Source: Chitinophaga sp. (lineage in GTDB: Bacteria; Bacteroidota; Bacteroidia; Chitinophagales; Chitinophagaceae). From it: a stretch of 64,000 bases of DNA. Within the stretch, counting starts at the first letter, position 1. Every line of letters begins with the position of its first letter. Location: NCBI RefSeq assembly GCF_035538455.1, contig NZ_DATLKJ010000155.1:12766-76765 (forward strand), written 5' to 3'. Both the position numbers and the translations under genes were made by a program. Shown here piece by piece: positions 28,135-35,942 of the stretch. The notes beneath the pieces are model-generated. The model was not told where the DNA came from and ran no database searches. It saw nothing but the letters and a program-made list of their open reading frames with translations.

Positions 28135-29104
28135 TAGAAAGGTTGCCGTCTTTTAACTCGTCTGATGGATGGCCGGCTATCATTGAATCGTATCTTTTCG
28201 TGAGTGTTTGTCCCCAATGAAAGTGACCGTGAATCATAAAGGATAGATTTTCGATAAATGCCTTTACTCCGTGCGTATAGTCAGTAAAGTTTGGGAGTGT
28301 ATCTACCAGACTGCAAAATTGACGAAGGTCTTCATTGTGGAAGTTGATAGCATGTTGATATGCTTCTTCCGTGCTACATTGTTGTTCGTGTTCCATCATA
28401 AGTACCAGATTTAAGACGTCGTTTCCTTTCTCCATATGTGCAGAGAAAAAATCATTTTCCCATGAGAGTATTCTGCAAGTGAGCCTTGTAAGTTCTTGTA
28501 TTACCGGATGAAAAATGACCTGATCCGGTAAGATGCAGCCTGTTATCAGCTCTGCAAGATTCACCAATGTATGAACGTTGACCGCCTTCTCCCTGATAGC
28601 AATAAACTGTTCCCATGTCGGGAAGGTCATATTTTTCCTAAAAGGTATCTCTTGTTGTATCCCATCGAAGTAAGTTTCCAGACTTGTATTAAATCGATTC
28701 AACCACCTTTCCGAACCAAGTTGTAACAGCTCATTTCTAAGTATGGGGAGATGCAAGTAGAGAGGCTCTTTTGAGTGTGATATAATGCCACGGAGGTATT
28801 TCATTGCTTTTCCACGAATTGTTTCCAATTGGCCAACAGATGAAAACTCGAAAGAATCATCAATGGTAAATGCCCATAGAAAGAAGCGACAGATAGCTGT
28901 GAGCTGTGCTTCATTGGCGCGAGGGAATAAGCACCCACCGGCATGGCCTACACCGGTTGTGATGTACTTTTTCCTGACTTTTTCCGGAAGAAAGGAGTAG
29001 TCGGTTAGCAGCCACTCACCTATTTTTTTTTCCATTGTCTGGGCGTGACGGTTTGTTGCATAAGGAAACGGGTAACGCAGGGCGTTAGGATCAAATGTGT
29101 TCAT
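28124..29104 (-). CDS. class I terpene synthase (bacterial sesquiterpene-cyclase-like)
   Basis: 326 aa from the ATG at 29104. It has an Asp-rich motif DDSFE (aa 82-86), the NSE triad NDFFSAHME (aa 217-225), Arg171 exactly 46 residues upstream of the NSE Asn (the pyrophosphate-sensor position), and a C-terminal RY pair (TKRYD). Confidence 0.8.
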   Translation of the reverse strand: MNTFDPNALRYPFPYATNRHAQTMEKKIGEWLLTDYSFLPEKVRKKYITTGVGHAGGCLFPRANEAQLTAICRFFLWAFTIDDSFEFSSVGQLETIRGKAMKYLRGIISHSKEPLYLHLPILRNELLQLGSERWLNRFNTSLETYFDGIQQEIPFRKNMTFPTWEQFIAIREKAVNVHTLVNLAELITGCILPDQVIFHPVIQELTRLTCRILSWENDFFSAHMEKGNDVLNLVLMMEHEQQCSTEEAYQHAINFHNEDLRQFCSLVDTLPNFTDYTHGVKAFIENLSFMIHGHFHWGQTLTKRYDSMIAGHPSDELKDGNLSINA

Positions 29105-29363
29105 GGTAAATTGGTTTACGTGAAAGAAAAATATTGCGTTGTGAATAGTAATGGCACCTGGTCTATAGGGAATAGCTAAAATGGACAACCTTGAAGGAAA
29201 AGAATGACAATTTACGGTATTAAAATTTTTCTGACAGCCTTATGTGAGTATGGTGATATTAAAATGTGAGGTTGATTCTTTAACTGAGCATTACTAATAT
29301 TAAGGATTTGGAGTGAACTATACCTGCATTGGGAACGCGGAATTGAGGTCTCAATAATAAGAA

Positions 29364-29389
29364 AACGGGCCACTTATCAGCGACCCGTT
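29364..29389 (-). terminator. stem-loop terminator downstream of the small minus-strand ORF
   Basis: 10-bp stem including two G.U pairs (aacgggtcgc / gtggcccgtt on the minus strand), followed by TTCTTATT. Confidence 0.4.
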
Positions 29390-29392
29390 TAT

Positions 29393-29572
29393 TTATTGAA
29401 GCTTACTGCATTCAGGATGCGTGACCATTGAGGTATTCACACCTTTAAGCTGCTCAATTTGCCGGGCAATTTTCTCCAACTTTATTTTCAATCTCTGACT
29501 TTTCTGTTTTAAAACGTGATTCTGGAATTCTAAGGTGCGGCAGGCGCGCATAAGCATTTGTTTTTCGTCCAT
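29393..29572 (-). CDS. possible small coiled-coil protein (59 aa); below the ORF-track threshold
   Basis: My own translation: MDEKQMLMRACRTLEFQNHVLKQKSQRLKIKLEKIARQIEQLKGVNTSMVTHPECSKLQ. It has an ATG start and a terminator immediately downstream. No homology is claimed. Confidence 0.3.
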   Translation of the reverse strand: MDEKQMLMRACRTLEFQNHVLKQKSQRLKIKLEKIARQIEQLKGVNTSMVTHPECSKLQ

Positions 29573-29922
29573 GACAAAAGTTATTTTTTGGAGTTAAAAA
29601 AATGTGGAAGGAAGGGGAGTAACAAACAGACAAGCATAAAAAAGGTGCGGGTTGTTCCTATAGTACCAGAAGGGCTACGACACCCCGACTGCGAAATAAG
29701 AACGCCCACACCAATATGGTACAGGCGATTTACCCTATTCTCTCGTAGTCTTGAAAGGTCGTAGTTTTCTGATTAGAGAGTAAAGCAAACACGCTTACAG
29801 TTTTTTATGTGCCTATAAAAGTGACCGTCTATGAACTATCTGACAACATAAGAATATTCTGTTTTTATTAAAGTTAATCTATTTGGTTTATAAATTAACA
29901 TAATTGGAGTATTTATTTTCTA

Positions 29923-29955
29923 AAATTGTTCATTTGTAATCAAAACGAACAATTT
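29923..29955. promoter_or_regulatory. 9-bp inverted repeat (aaattgttc-N15-gaacaattt), candidate operator of the XRE gene
   Basis: Seen directly, just upstream of the -7 box and the ATG at 29990. Confidence 0.35.
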
Positions 29956-29964
29956 ATGTATCTA

Positions 29965-29972
29965 TATATTTG
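29965..29972 (+). promoter_or_regulatory. Bacteroidota -7 promoter box (TATATTTG)
   Basis: Exact TAnnTTTG match ending 17 nt upstream of the ATG at 29990. Confidence 0.35.
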
Positions 29973-29989
29973 GCTCACTTATACTCCAA

Positions 29990-30202
29990 ATGAAAGTCAT
30001 ACAATACAATAGAATAAAGGCCGTATTGGCCGAAAAAGGAAAATCCAGTAAAGAGCTGGCAGAAACAATGGGGCTGGCAGAGCAAACAATTTCCAGGTGG
30101 TGTACCAATAAGCGTCAACCGCCTGTGGAGAAGTTATATGAAATATCTAAAATTCTGAAGATTGATATTAGGGACCTACTTGTTTCGACTCATTGGAAGT
30201 GA
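29990..30202 (+). CDS. XRE-family helix-turn-helix transcriptional regulator (70 aa)
   Basis: Cro/C1-type HTH: KSSKELAETMGLAEQTISRWCTNKRQP ... LYEISKILKIDIRDLL. Confidence 0.8.
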   Translation: MKVIQYNRIKAVLAEKGKSSKELAETMGLAEQTISRWCTNKRQPPVEKLYEISKILKIDIRDLLVSTHWK

Positions 30203-30357
30203 AGAATGACTTTATTGGCACTTATTTTAATTTTGTGTCATGACCATTTCAATTATGAATAGCTGAGACACTGGAAATTACCCCCTGAGACTTCTTTGAT
30301 TGTTAGAATATTGCCTACAACAATCAGTTTATGTAACATTTTGTTTTTGGATTGAAT

Positions 30358-30415
30358 TATACCCTTTAGGGTATAACAATACCTTATTTGTTATCTTTAT
30401 ACCCTAAAGGGTATA
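30358..30415. promoter_or_regulatory. pair of 18-bp palindromic operators (TATACCCTttAGGGTATA and TATACCCTaaAGGGTATA)
   Basis: Copies lie at 30358-30375 and 30398-30415, 40 bp centre to centre. The second ends 2 nt before the ATG at 30418. Confidence 0.6.
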
Positions 30416-30417
30416 AA

Positions 30418-30621
30418 ATGAGCAGTCTATCTGAATTAGTTAAACTTAAACGTAAGCAACATAGCCTGACACAACATGATCTTGCACTTAAATCAGGTTT
30501 GGGATTAAGGTTGATCAGAGAAATAGAACAGGGAAAAACAACCATGAGGATGGATAAAGTAAATCAGCTGCTCGCGCTATTTGGGATGGAATTAGTTGCT
30601 GGACCTAAAAATATGCCGTAA
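30418..30621 (+). CDS. XRE-family HTH protein, HipB/y4mF-like antitoxin type (67 aa)
   Basis: MSSLSELVKLKRKQHSLTQHDLALKSGLGLRLIREIEQGKTTMRMDKVNQLLALFGMEL matches the y4mF/HipB-like pattern as I remember it. Start set to the ATG at 30418 rather than the TTG at 30388. Confidence 0.75.
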   Translation: MSSLSELVKLKRKQHSLTQHDLALKSGLGLRLIREIEQGKTTMRMDKVNQLLALFGMELVAGPKNMP

Positions 30622-30764
30622 TGAGCAAGAAAGGAAAGTTTTTATCCCAGAATACTGATGTAGAGGCGAAATTAAATGCCACCTATAATTTGTTCTTTAA
30701 ATGTTACAGATACCTGTGTTTCGCAGAAGCTTGAACAGATACTCTATAGCGTTTTCATATAACG

Positions 30765-30809
30765 ACAAAACCCGCGACTAGCGCGGGTTTTAAAATTGGG
30801 TGGAGGATA
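30765..30809. repeat. 45-bp direct repeat, distal copy (partial tRNA-Ala 3' end plus terminator hairpin); att-like
   Basis: acaaaacccgcgactagcgcgggttttaaaattgggtggaggata is identical to 32077-32121. Confidence 0.9.
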
Positions 30810-30985
30810 GAGTTACCTACCCCCGTATTGACTTTCAATAAGTTGTAAGTCATAGAGCAACATCGCCTTCAATAATAATAAGTTCGTATTGCTACTGTCT
30901 TTTGAAATTAGCACTGCATATGCAATAATAGTGTGTACCATAAGAATGTGTGTGGCAATGGCGATATGCCAAACCAGCAAGAGAA

Positions 30986-31288
30986 CTATGAACCTTTTCG
31001 TTGGTTTGGATCAGATGGATGTACATATGTAGTTGTACTGATCTTGGAAATAGTTATATTCTTAAGGTATTCGTTGAATGAAGCATATAAGAGTGAAATT
31101 ATTTCTTTCGGAGCGTTATCGTTTACAAAAAAGTCTTGGAATTGTTTCTCTGAAATATTCAATTTCCTAGCGAAGTCGTTATCAGAATAGCTGATGTTTT
31201 GGCTACCCATTTTTTCTTTCAGGAAAATTATTGTTCCCTTAAAAGATATTTTTTCATTAGTATCCATATGATATTCTGCATTTGCCAT
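30986..31288 (-). CDS. hypothetical protein (100 aa), possibly HTH-like
   Basis: AT-rich ORF inside the repeat-flanked cassette. The segment DNDFARKLNISEKQFQDFF looks HTH-like, but no family is claimed. Confidence 0.4.
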   Translation of the reverse strand: MANAEYHMDTNEKISFKGTIIFLKEKMGSQNISYSDNDFARKLNISEKQFQDFFVNDNAPKEIISLLYASFNEYLKNITISKISTTTYVHPSDPNQRKGS

Positions 31289-31326
31289 AAGTTAACAATT
31301 ATAACAATTTTAATCAATTTTGGTTT

Positions 31327-31971
31327 TTAACTATCAGTTCCTCCATAGTAAAAGATTTGCGAGCTTGAGCCCTCTTCTTGTTCTGTAAATGTACCTGTCG
31401 CTGTAATAAAAGTATAATTTATGGTATAATACCAAGTCACATAAACTTGAACACCCGGAAGAGGAGCTGCTTTCCCACGAACACCAAACACACTTGCTTT
31501 CTGGATGATTTTTCGACCGTAAACGTCTTTATATTCTGTATAGGCTGGCTCTACATTGGCATAGTATCCAAATACATTTACAATAAATCTGGCTTGTTGA
31601 TCCTCCTCTTTATACGCCCCACAGTCTACTCTAACCGGGACGGCCCAACTGGCTTCAGGTTTAGCACTTCTTCCAGTGAACTGATTGGGAAAGTCCAATG
31701 GAGAAGGGATTCTATCCGTAAGTTGTATTTTAGATATTGTTTTTGAAAGCCGTACTGTTTTAGTAGTACTCGTATCTGCTGCGAGCGTTATTACTTGTTT
31801 TCGGCCATCTTTGTATTCAATTGTCCTTACCCCTTTAGAGTAGTCAGTAGTAATTGATTTTGGAGCATTAGCCAATTCTTGTGATTCCGGGTTAGCATCA
31901 AAAGTTTCCCTTTTACAGGCGGCTAACAGAACTAATACACTGACGAGAAGTAGTAGAGATGTTTTTTTCAT
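31327..31971 (-). CDS. hypothetical lipoprotein (214 aa)
   Basis: Signal peptide with lipobox (LVLLAAC). No recognisable family. Confidence 0.6.
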   Translation of the reverse strand: MKKTSLLLLVSVLVLLAACKRETFDANPESQELANAPKSITTDYSKGVRTIEYKDGRKQVITLAADTSTTKTVRLSKTISKIQLTDRIPSPLDFPNQFTGRSAKPEASWAVPVRVDCGAYKEEDQQARFIVNVFGYYANVEPAYTEYKDVYGRKIIQKASVFGVRGKAAPLPGVQVYVTWYYTINYTFITATGTFTEQEEGSSSQIFYYGGTDS

Positions 31972-32076
31972 TGTCCTTTGGGAGGTTACAAAACTATATT
32001 GAAGGTAACATTTTCTCTAAAGTTATCAAACGTCGAATATCGCTAGTTAACATTACTCTATAGAGGAAATAAAAAA

Positions 32077-32121
32077 ACAAAACCCGCGACTAGCGCGGGT
32101 TTTAAAATTGGGTGGAGGATA
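32077..32121. repeat. 45-bp direct repeat, tRNA-proximal copy (overlaps the last 9 nt of tRNA-Ala and its terminator hairpin)
   Basis: Identical to 30765-30809. It contains the hairpin aaaacccgcg-acta-gcgcgggtttt. Confidence 0.9.
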
Positions 32122-32185
32122 ACGGGCTCGAACCGTTCACCTCAAACATGCCATGCTTGCGCTCTACCAGATGAGCTAATCCCCC
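32113..32185 (-). tRNA. tRNA-Ala (anticodon GGC)
   Basis: Hand fold: acceptor GGGGGAT/ATCCTCC with a G3:U70 pair, D-stem GCTC/GAGC, anticodon loop ATGGCAT, T-loop TTCGAGC. Length 73 nt. Confidence 0.85.
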
Positions 32186-32235
32186 ATGTGTTTCAGGAGT
32201 GCAAAAATATATTTTTTCCCGGAAATCCAAACATT

Positions 32236-32655
32236 TTATACAAAATCTTTAAAAATTCCTTCTACAGTCTCCTTTAAATCCTTTAGCAGTAAGGGTTTTC
32301 GAAGTAATTTTACGACCAGTGGGTTGGCATTTGTGCGGGTTATATCGCCATAATCGAGCGACGAAGACACCATTACAATATGGCATTGTGATTTGATCTT
32401 GGCCGGGTAACTGTCGAATGCCTGTAGAAATTCGAAGCCATCCATCTCGGGCATTTGTATATCCAGGAGGATGATGGTGGGAGGAATTTTTGGCAGGGAG
32501 ATGTTGGAAGACAGAAACTCCAGCGCTTTGTTGGCATTTGCAAATGAAAGTACCGTTCTGCTGATTTGTTGAAAGGTGATCAACTTCTCATGCAGTAATA
32601 GATCAATCTCATTGTCGTCTATCAATATGACACGAAGATCAGGTATCGAATTCAT
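32236..32655 (-). CDS. single-domain response regulator
   Basis: Start set to the ATG at 32655 (MNSIPDLRVILIDDNEID..). It has the phospho-acceptor context LLDIQMPEMDG and LRKP. It overlaps the upstream kinase gene by 17 nt. Confidence 0.8.
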   Translation of the reverse strand: MNSIPDLRVILIDDNEIDLLLHEKLITFQQISRTVLSFANANKALEFLSSNISLPKIPPTIILLDIQMPEMDGFEFLQAFDSYPAKIKSQCHIVMVSSSLDYGDITRTNANPLVVKLLRKPLLLKDLKETVEGIFKDFV

Positions 32656-33736
32656 TTTTGTTAGGGATGGTAATTTCAAATTGAGTGCCTTCACCGTATT
32701 TGGACTCAACATTAATGGTTCCGCCTATTTTACTTAAAGCTTCTTTTACGATGTATAGTCCTATACCGCTACCGGGCTTGTTATTGTTTTTGGAACGGAA
32801 AAACATCTTGAAAATGTTGTTCAGATGTTCGCTGAGAATACCGATCCCGTTGTCGCGGATCCAGATAGTAGCCTTGTGGGGCTCTACTTTGACAGTCAGG
32901 TTTACCATCGGTTCGGCTTCCTCCGGTTTTTGGTACTTAACAGCGTTGGAAATGAGATTGTTTAAAATCACGCTGATTCTGAATGTATCGCCTCTGAAGT
33001 CTACGGGTTGTTCCACATGGGTATTGAAGCGGATCTGGGTGTTCTGCGGCTGAAATACAGTGATACTGTCTTCCAGCAGGTTATTGAAGTCGATCTTCTC
33101 ATATTCCACTTCCAGCCTGGAGTTCCGGTAATATTCAATGATCTTCTGAATAAACCCATCCAGCTTGAGTACACAGGATTCCACCATGGGGATGTATCCG
33201 TTCGGGTCTGTTACAGAATTGTCGAGTCGCGACAGGTTAATGATGCCCAGTACAGACATTAATGGAGAACGGAGATCGTGAGAGGTGGAATAAATGAAGC
33301 GGTTTAACTCATCGTTGGTTTTCTCCAGCTCGTCAATTTTGTCACGCAGCTGCCGGCGGGTGCGGTAGATTTCGTAAGCGTTGTTGATAGTACGGTGCAG
33401 TTCTGTTTCATCCCAGGGCTTTTTGATGTAGGAATAAATATGACCCTTGTTGATAGCGTCTATAATATCTTCTACATCCGTATAACCCGTCAGCAGGATA
33501 CGTATCGGATCAGGAAGGACGTCCTTTATCTCATGGAAGAACTCAACTCCGGTAGATACGGGCATTTTCTGATCCGCAATGATGATGTGCACCATCACTT
33601 CCTTCAGTAATTGCTTGCCTTCCTGCGCAGAATTAGCGGTGTAGATCTCGTAGCTTCTGCGGAAGCTGGCTTTGAATGCATTCAGGTTGTGAATTTCATC
33701 ATCGATATATAATATTCTAATGCGGTTTTCTTTCAT
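32639..33736 (-). CDS. response regulator-histidine kinase (REC-HisKA-HATPase)
   Basis: Receiver ILYIDDEIHN..IIADQKMP..IKKP, H-box STSHDLRSPLMSV and G2 box GSGIGLYIVKE. Confidence 0.85.
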   Translation of the reverse strand: MKENRIRILYIDDEIHNLNAFKASFRRSYEIYTANSAQEGKQLLKEVMVHIIIADQKMPVSTGVEFFHEIKDVLPDPIRILLTGYTDVEDIIDAINKGHIYSYIKKPWDETELHRTINNAYEIYRTRRQLRDKIDELEKTNDELNRFIYSTSHDLRSPLMSVLGIINLSRLDNSVTDPNGYIPMVESCVLKLDGFIQKIIEYYRNSRLEVEYEKIDFNNLLEDSITVFQPQNTQIRFNTHVEQPVDFRGDTFRISVILNNLISNAVKYQKPEEAEPMVNLTVKVEPHKATIWIRDNGIGILSEHLNNIFKMFFRSKNNNKPGSGIGLYIVKEALSKIGGTINVESKYGEGTQFEITIPNKNEFDT

Positions 33737-33751
33737 TAGAGGGACTTATGG

Positions 33752-35926
33752 TTAAGACAGGTGGTTTGTTAAGTTTAAGGGTAAATATATAATAAATTCT
33801 GCTCCTTTGTCGGGGGCTGAGTTTACAACGATTTTACCGTTGTGTTTCTCTATGATGCTGAATACGATCGAAAGCCCCAGCCCTGTACCTTCTCCCACAT
33901 CCTTGGTAGTGAAGAACGGGTCGAAGATTTTCTCTTTCACTTCTTCAGACATCCCTACACCCGTATCTTTTATAGAGATAATTGCAAATTCATTTTCCTG
34001 TTTCGTGGTAATGGTAATGGATTCATCTTCCTGTTCTTTCTTTGTTCTGATGGCGTTGAGCGCATTAGAAAGAACGTTCATGAACACCTGGTTTACCTTA
34101 CCGGCATAGCATTCGATTTTGGGCAATTCAGCATAATGTTTTACAATACGTACATTCGGCGGTATGGCATTGCGAAGCAGTACCAGGGTAGAATCCAGTC
34201 CTTCGTGAATGTCGATTGATTTGACATCGCTTTCATCCAGGCGGCTGAAAGTTCTTAATCCCTTTACTATTTCCGCAGTGCGTGCGGCACCATCTTCAAT
34301 TCCTTTGATCAGCGATGATATTTCTTCATGTATGTAATCGATGTCTATTTCCTGTTTAAAGGATTCGATGTTTGACAGCTCCTTTTGAATATCAGTATGA
34401 TCTCCTAGTTTTTCATAGCGGTTGAGCAGACTTCTCAGATCTGCTATGTCCATTTTCAGCGGTTTGATATTGGACGTTACAAAGTTAATGGGATTATTGA
34501 TTTCATGGGCAATCCCTGCCGTTAACTGACCAAGAGACGCCATTTTTTCTTTTTCCACCAGCCGGGTCTGCGCCTCCTTCAGGTTGACGAGTGCGATATT
34601 CAGATCACGGTTACTGTTTTGCAGTTCTTCTGTTCTTTCCTGTACCTTGGCTTCGAGTATAACGTTTTGTTCTCTTACCAGTTGCTCATTCTCTTTGGAT
34701 ATAGAGAGGGCAAGCGCCTGGGATGCCTCTTTCTCCGCCTTGAAGGTGTTGATTTTATCAGCCAGGGCAAAAGACAGCAGGATGACTTCAATACCAGACC
34801 CTATTACCAGGATGTGACTGGTAAAGATGTTGTAAGGGATAATACCCACATCTTTCAGTACAAAGGTGATAACGGCGACAATAAATATCGTCCACGCCAG
34901 TACGAATATTCTGGCTGGCTTGGAATGCTTGAAAGCCTGGATAATGGCAAATAAGAGTATGAAGCTCACACCGGTGATGGCCAGGAAGTCGATCAGGGCA
35001 TATGCTACCGAGAAGTGACCCATGAGCGACAATACTATCGTGCTCGAATATACGATTATGAAGAGGTTGAATATCCGATTGGCCCACGGCGCCCTTTCCT
35101 TTACATGCAGGAAGCTCTGTACAAACAGCAGTACTGCAATACCCGATAATGCCCCTACCCATAATACGCTTTGCTCTGTGATATAAGTGTTCCCGTGCCA
35201 GAAGAAGCGGTACCCGAAACCATGCAGGCATATCTGGGTAAGTCCGACGGTGGCGATGTAAATGATATAGTAGAAATAGCTCCAGTCTTTTACGGAGAAG
35301 AAGATGAAGGTATTGTACAGGATCATTACCAGGATGATGCCTATGTAGATGGACAGCAGCAGGTCATCATTATACAATTTGTTATAGATCTCCCGTGGCG
35401 TACCGATGTAGATAGGGACCAGTATGGCCTCGCGGCTCTGGATACGGAAGAGAAAGGTTTGTGCGGTACCGTTGGGGATGCTGATATTGTAAACAAAGTT
35501 CTGGTGATTGACCGGCCTTGATTTCATTGGGCGTAGTTCTCCGCCTGGTATGATATGATATTGACCTGTTGCATCCGGGTAGTACAGGTCTATAAGATCC
35601 AGAATGGGGTAGGTGACGTCGAACATCAGGTAATTGGCTCCGGTATTGTTCTTCACGGTGAATCTCAGCCAGATGGCATCGGTTGTAAGACCGAAGTTGG
35701 GTATCTGTTTGGGGAGTGGCCGGAAGAGGTGAGAATTTCTGGCGTCGGCGAACTGCATATTGCCGCTGGAGTCAAGGAAGTATTCTACCTGGCTGTATTC
35801 TGCCAGCTGTACCGGATGGCTGTGGGAAATGGTGATGGTGTCTGCCCAAACAGGTATCCAGGCGCCGGCTACTAACAGTAACAGGCATACGAATTTAAAG
35901 AATGCCGGTTTGATCAGCTGTTGCAT
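33752..35926 (-). CDS. 7TMR-DISM sensor histidine kinase (extracellular DISMED2-type domain, 7 TM helices, HisKA, HATPase)
   Basis: Signal peptide, a ~170-aa extracellular beta-rich domain, seven hydrophobic helices, a coiled coil, H-box GIAHEINNPINFV and G2 box GTGLGLSIV. Confidence 0.85.
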   Translation of the reverse strand: MQQLIKPAFFKFVCLLLLVAGAWIPVWADTITISHSHPVQLAEYSQVEYFLDSSGNMQFADARNSHLFRPLPKQIPNFGLTTDAIWLRFTVKNNTGANYLMFDVTYPILDLIDLYYPDATGQYHIIPGGELRPMKSRPVNHQNFVYNISIPNGTAQTFLFRIQSREAILVPIYIGTPREIYNKLYNDDLLLSIYIGIILVMILYNTFIFFSVKDWSYFYYIIYIATVGLTQICLHGFGYRFFWHGNTYITEQSVLWVGALSGIAVLLFVQSFLHVKERAPWANRIFNLFIIVYSSTIVLSLMGHFSVAYALIDFLAITGVSFILLFAIIQAFKHSKPARIFVLAWTIFIVAVITFVLKDVGIIPYNIFTSHILVIGSGIEVILLSFALADKINTFKAEKEASQALALSISKENEQLVREQNVILEAKVQERTEELQNSNRDLNIALVNLKEAQTRLVEKEKMASLGQLTAGIAHEINNPINFVTSNIKPLKMDIADLRSLLNRYEKLGDHTDIQKELSNIESFKQEIDIDYIHEEISSLIKGIEDGAARTAEIVKGLRTFSRLDESDVKSIDIHEGLDSTLVLLRNAIPPNVRIVKHYAELPKIECYAGKVNQVFMNVLSNALNAIRTKKEQEDESITITTKQENEFAIISIKDTGVGMSEEVKEKIFDPFFTTKDVGEGTGLGLSIVFSIIEKHNGKIVVNSAPDKGAEFIIYLPLNLTNHLS

Positions 35927-35942
35927 ACACTAAAACGGATAG

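Noticed and set aside
29558-29764. 68-aa + strand ORF in the low-GC islet
   Set aside because: It has a TTG start, no motif, and overlaps the start of the better-supported minus-strand 59-aa ORF. It is probably spurious.
29189-32185. Calling the tRNA-Ala-adjacent region an intact mobile element, prophage or ICE
   Set aside because: No integrase, transposase, excisionase, replication or structural genes are present in any frame that I could read. Only att-like repeats and regulators remain, so I describe it as a remnant or cassette rather than annotating a mobile_element.
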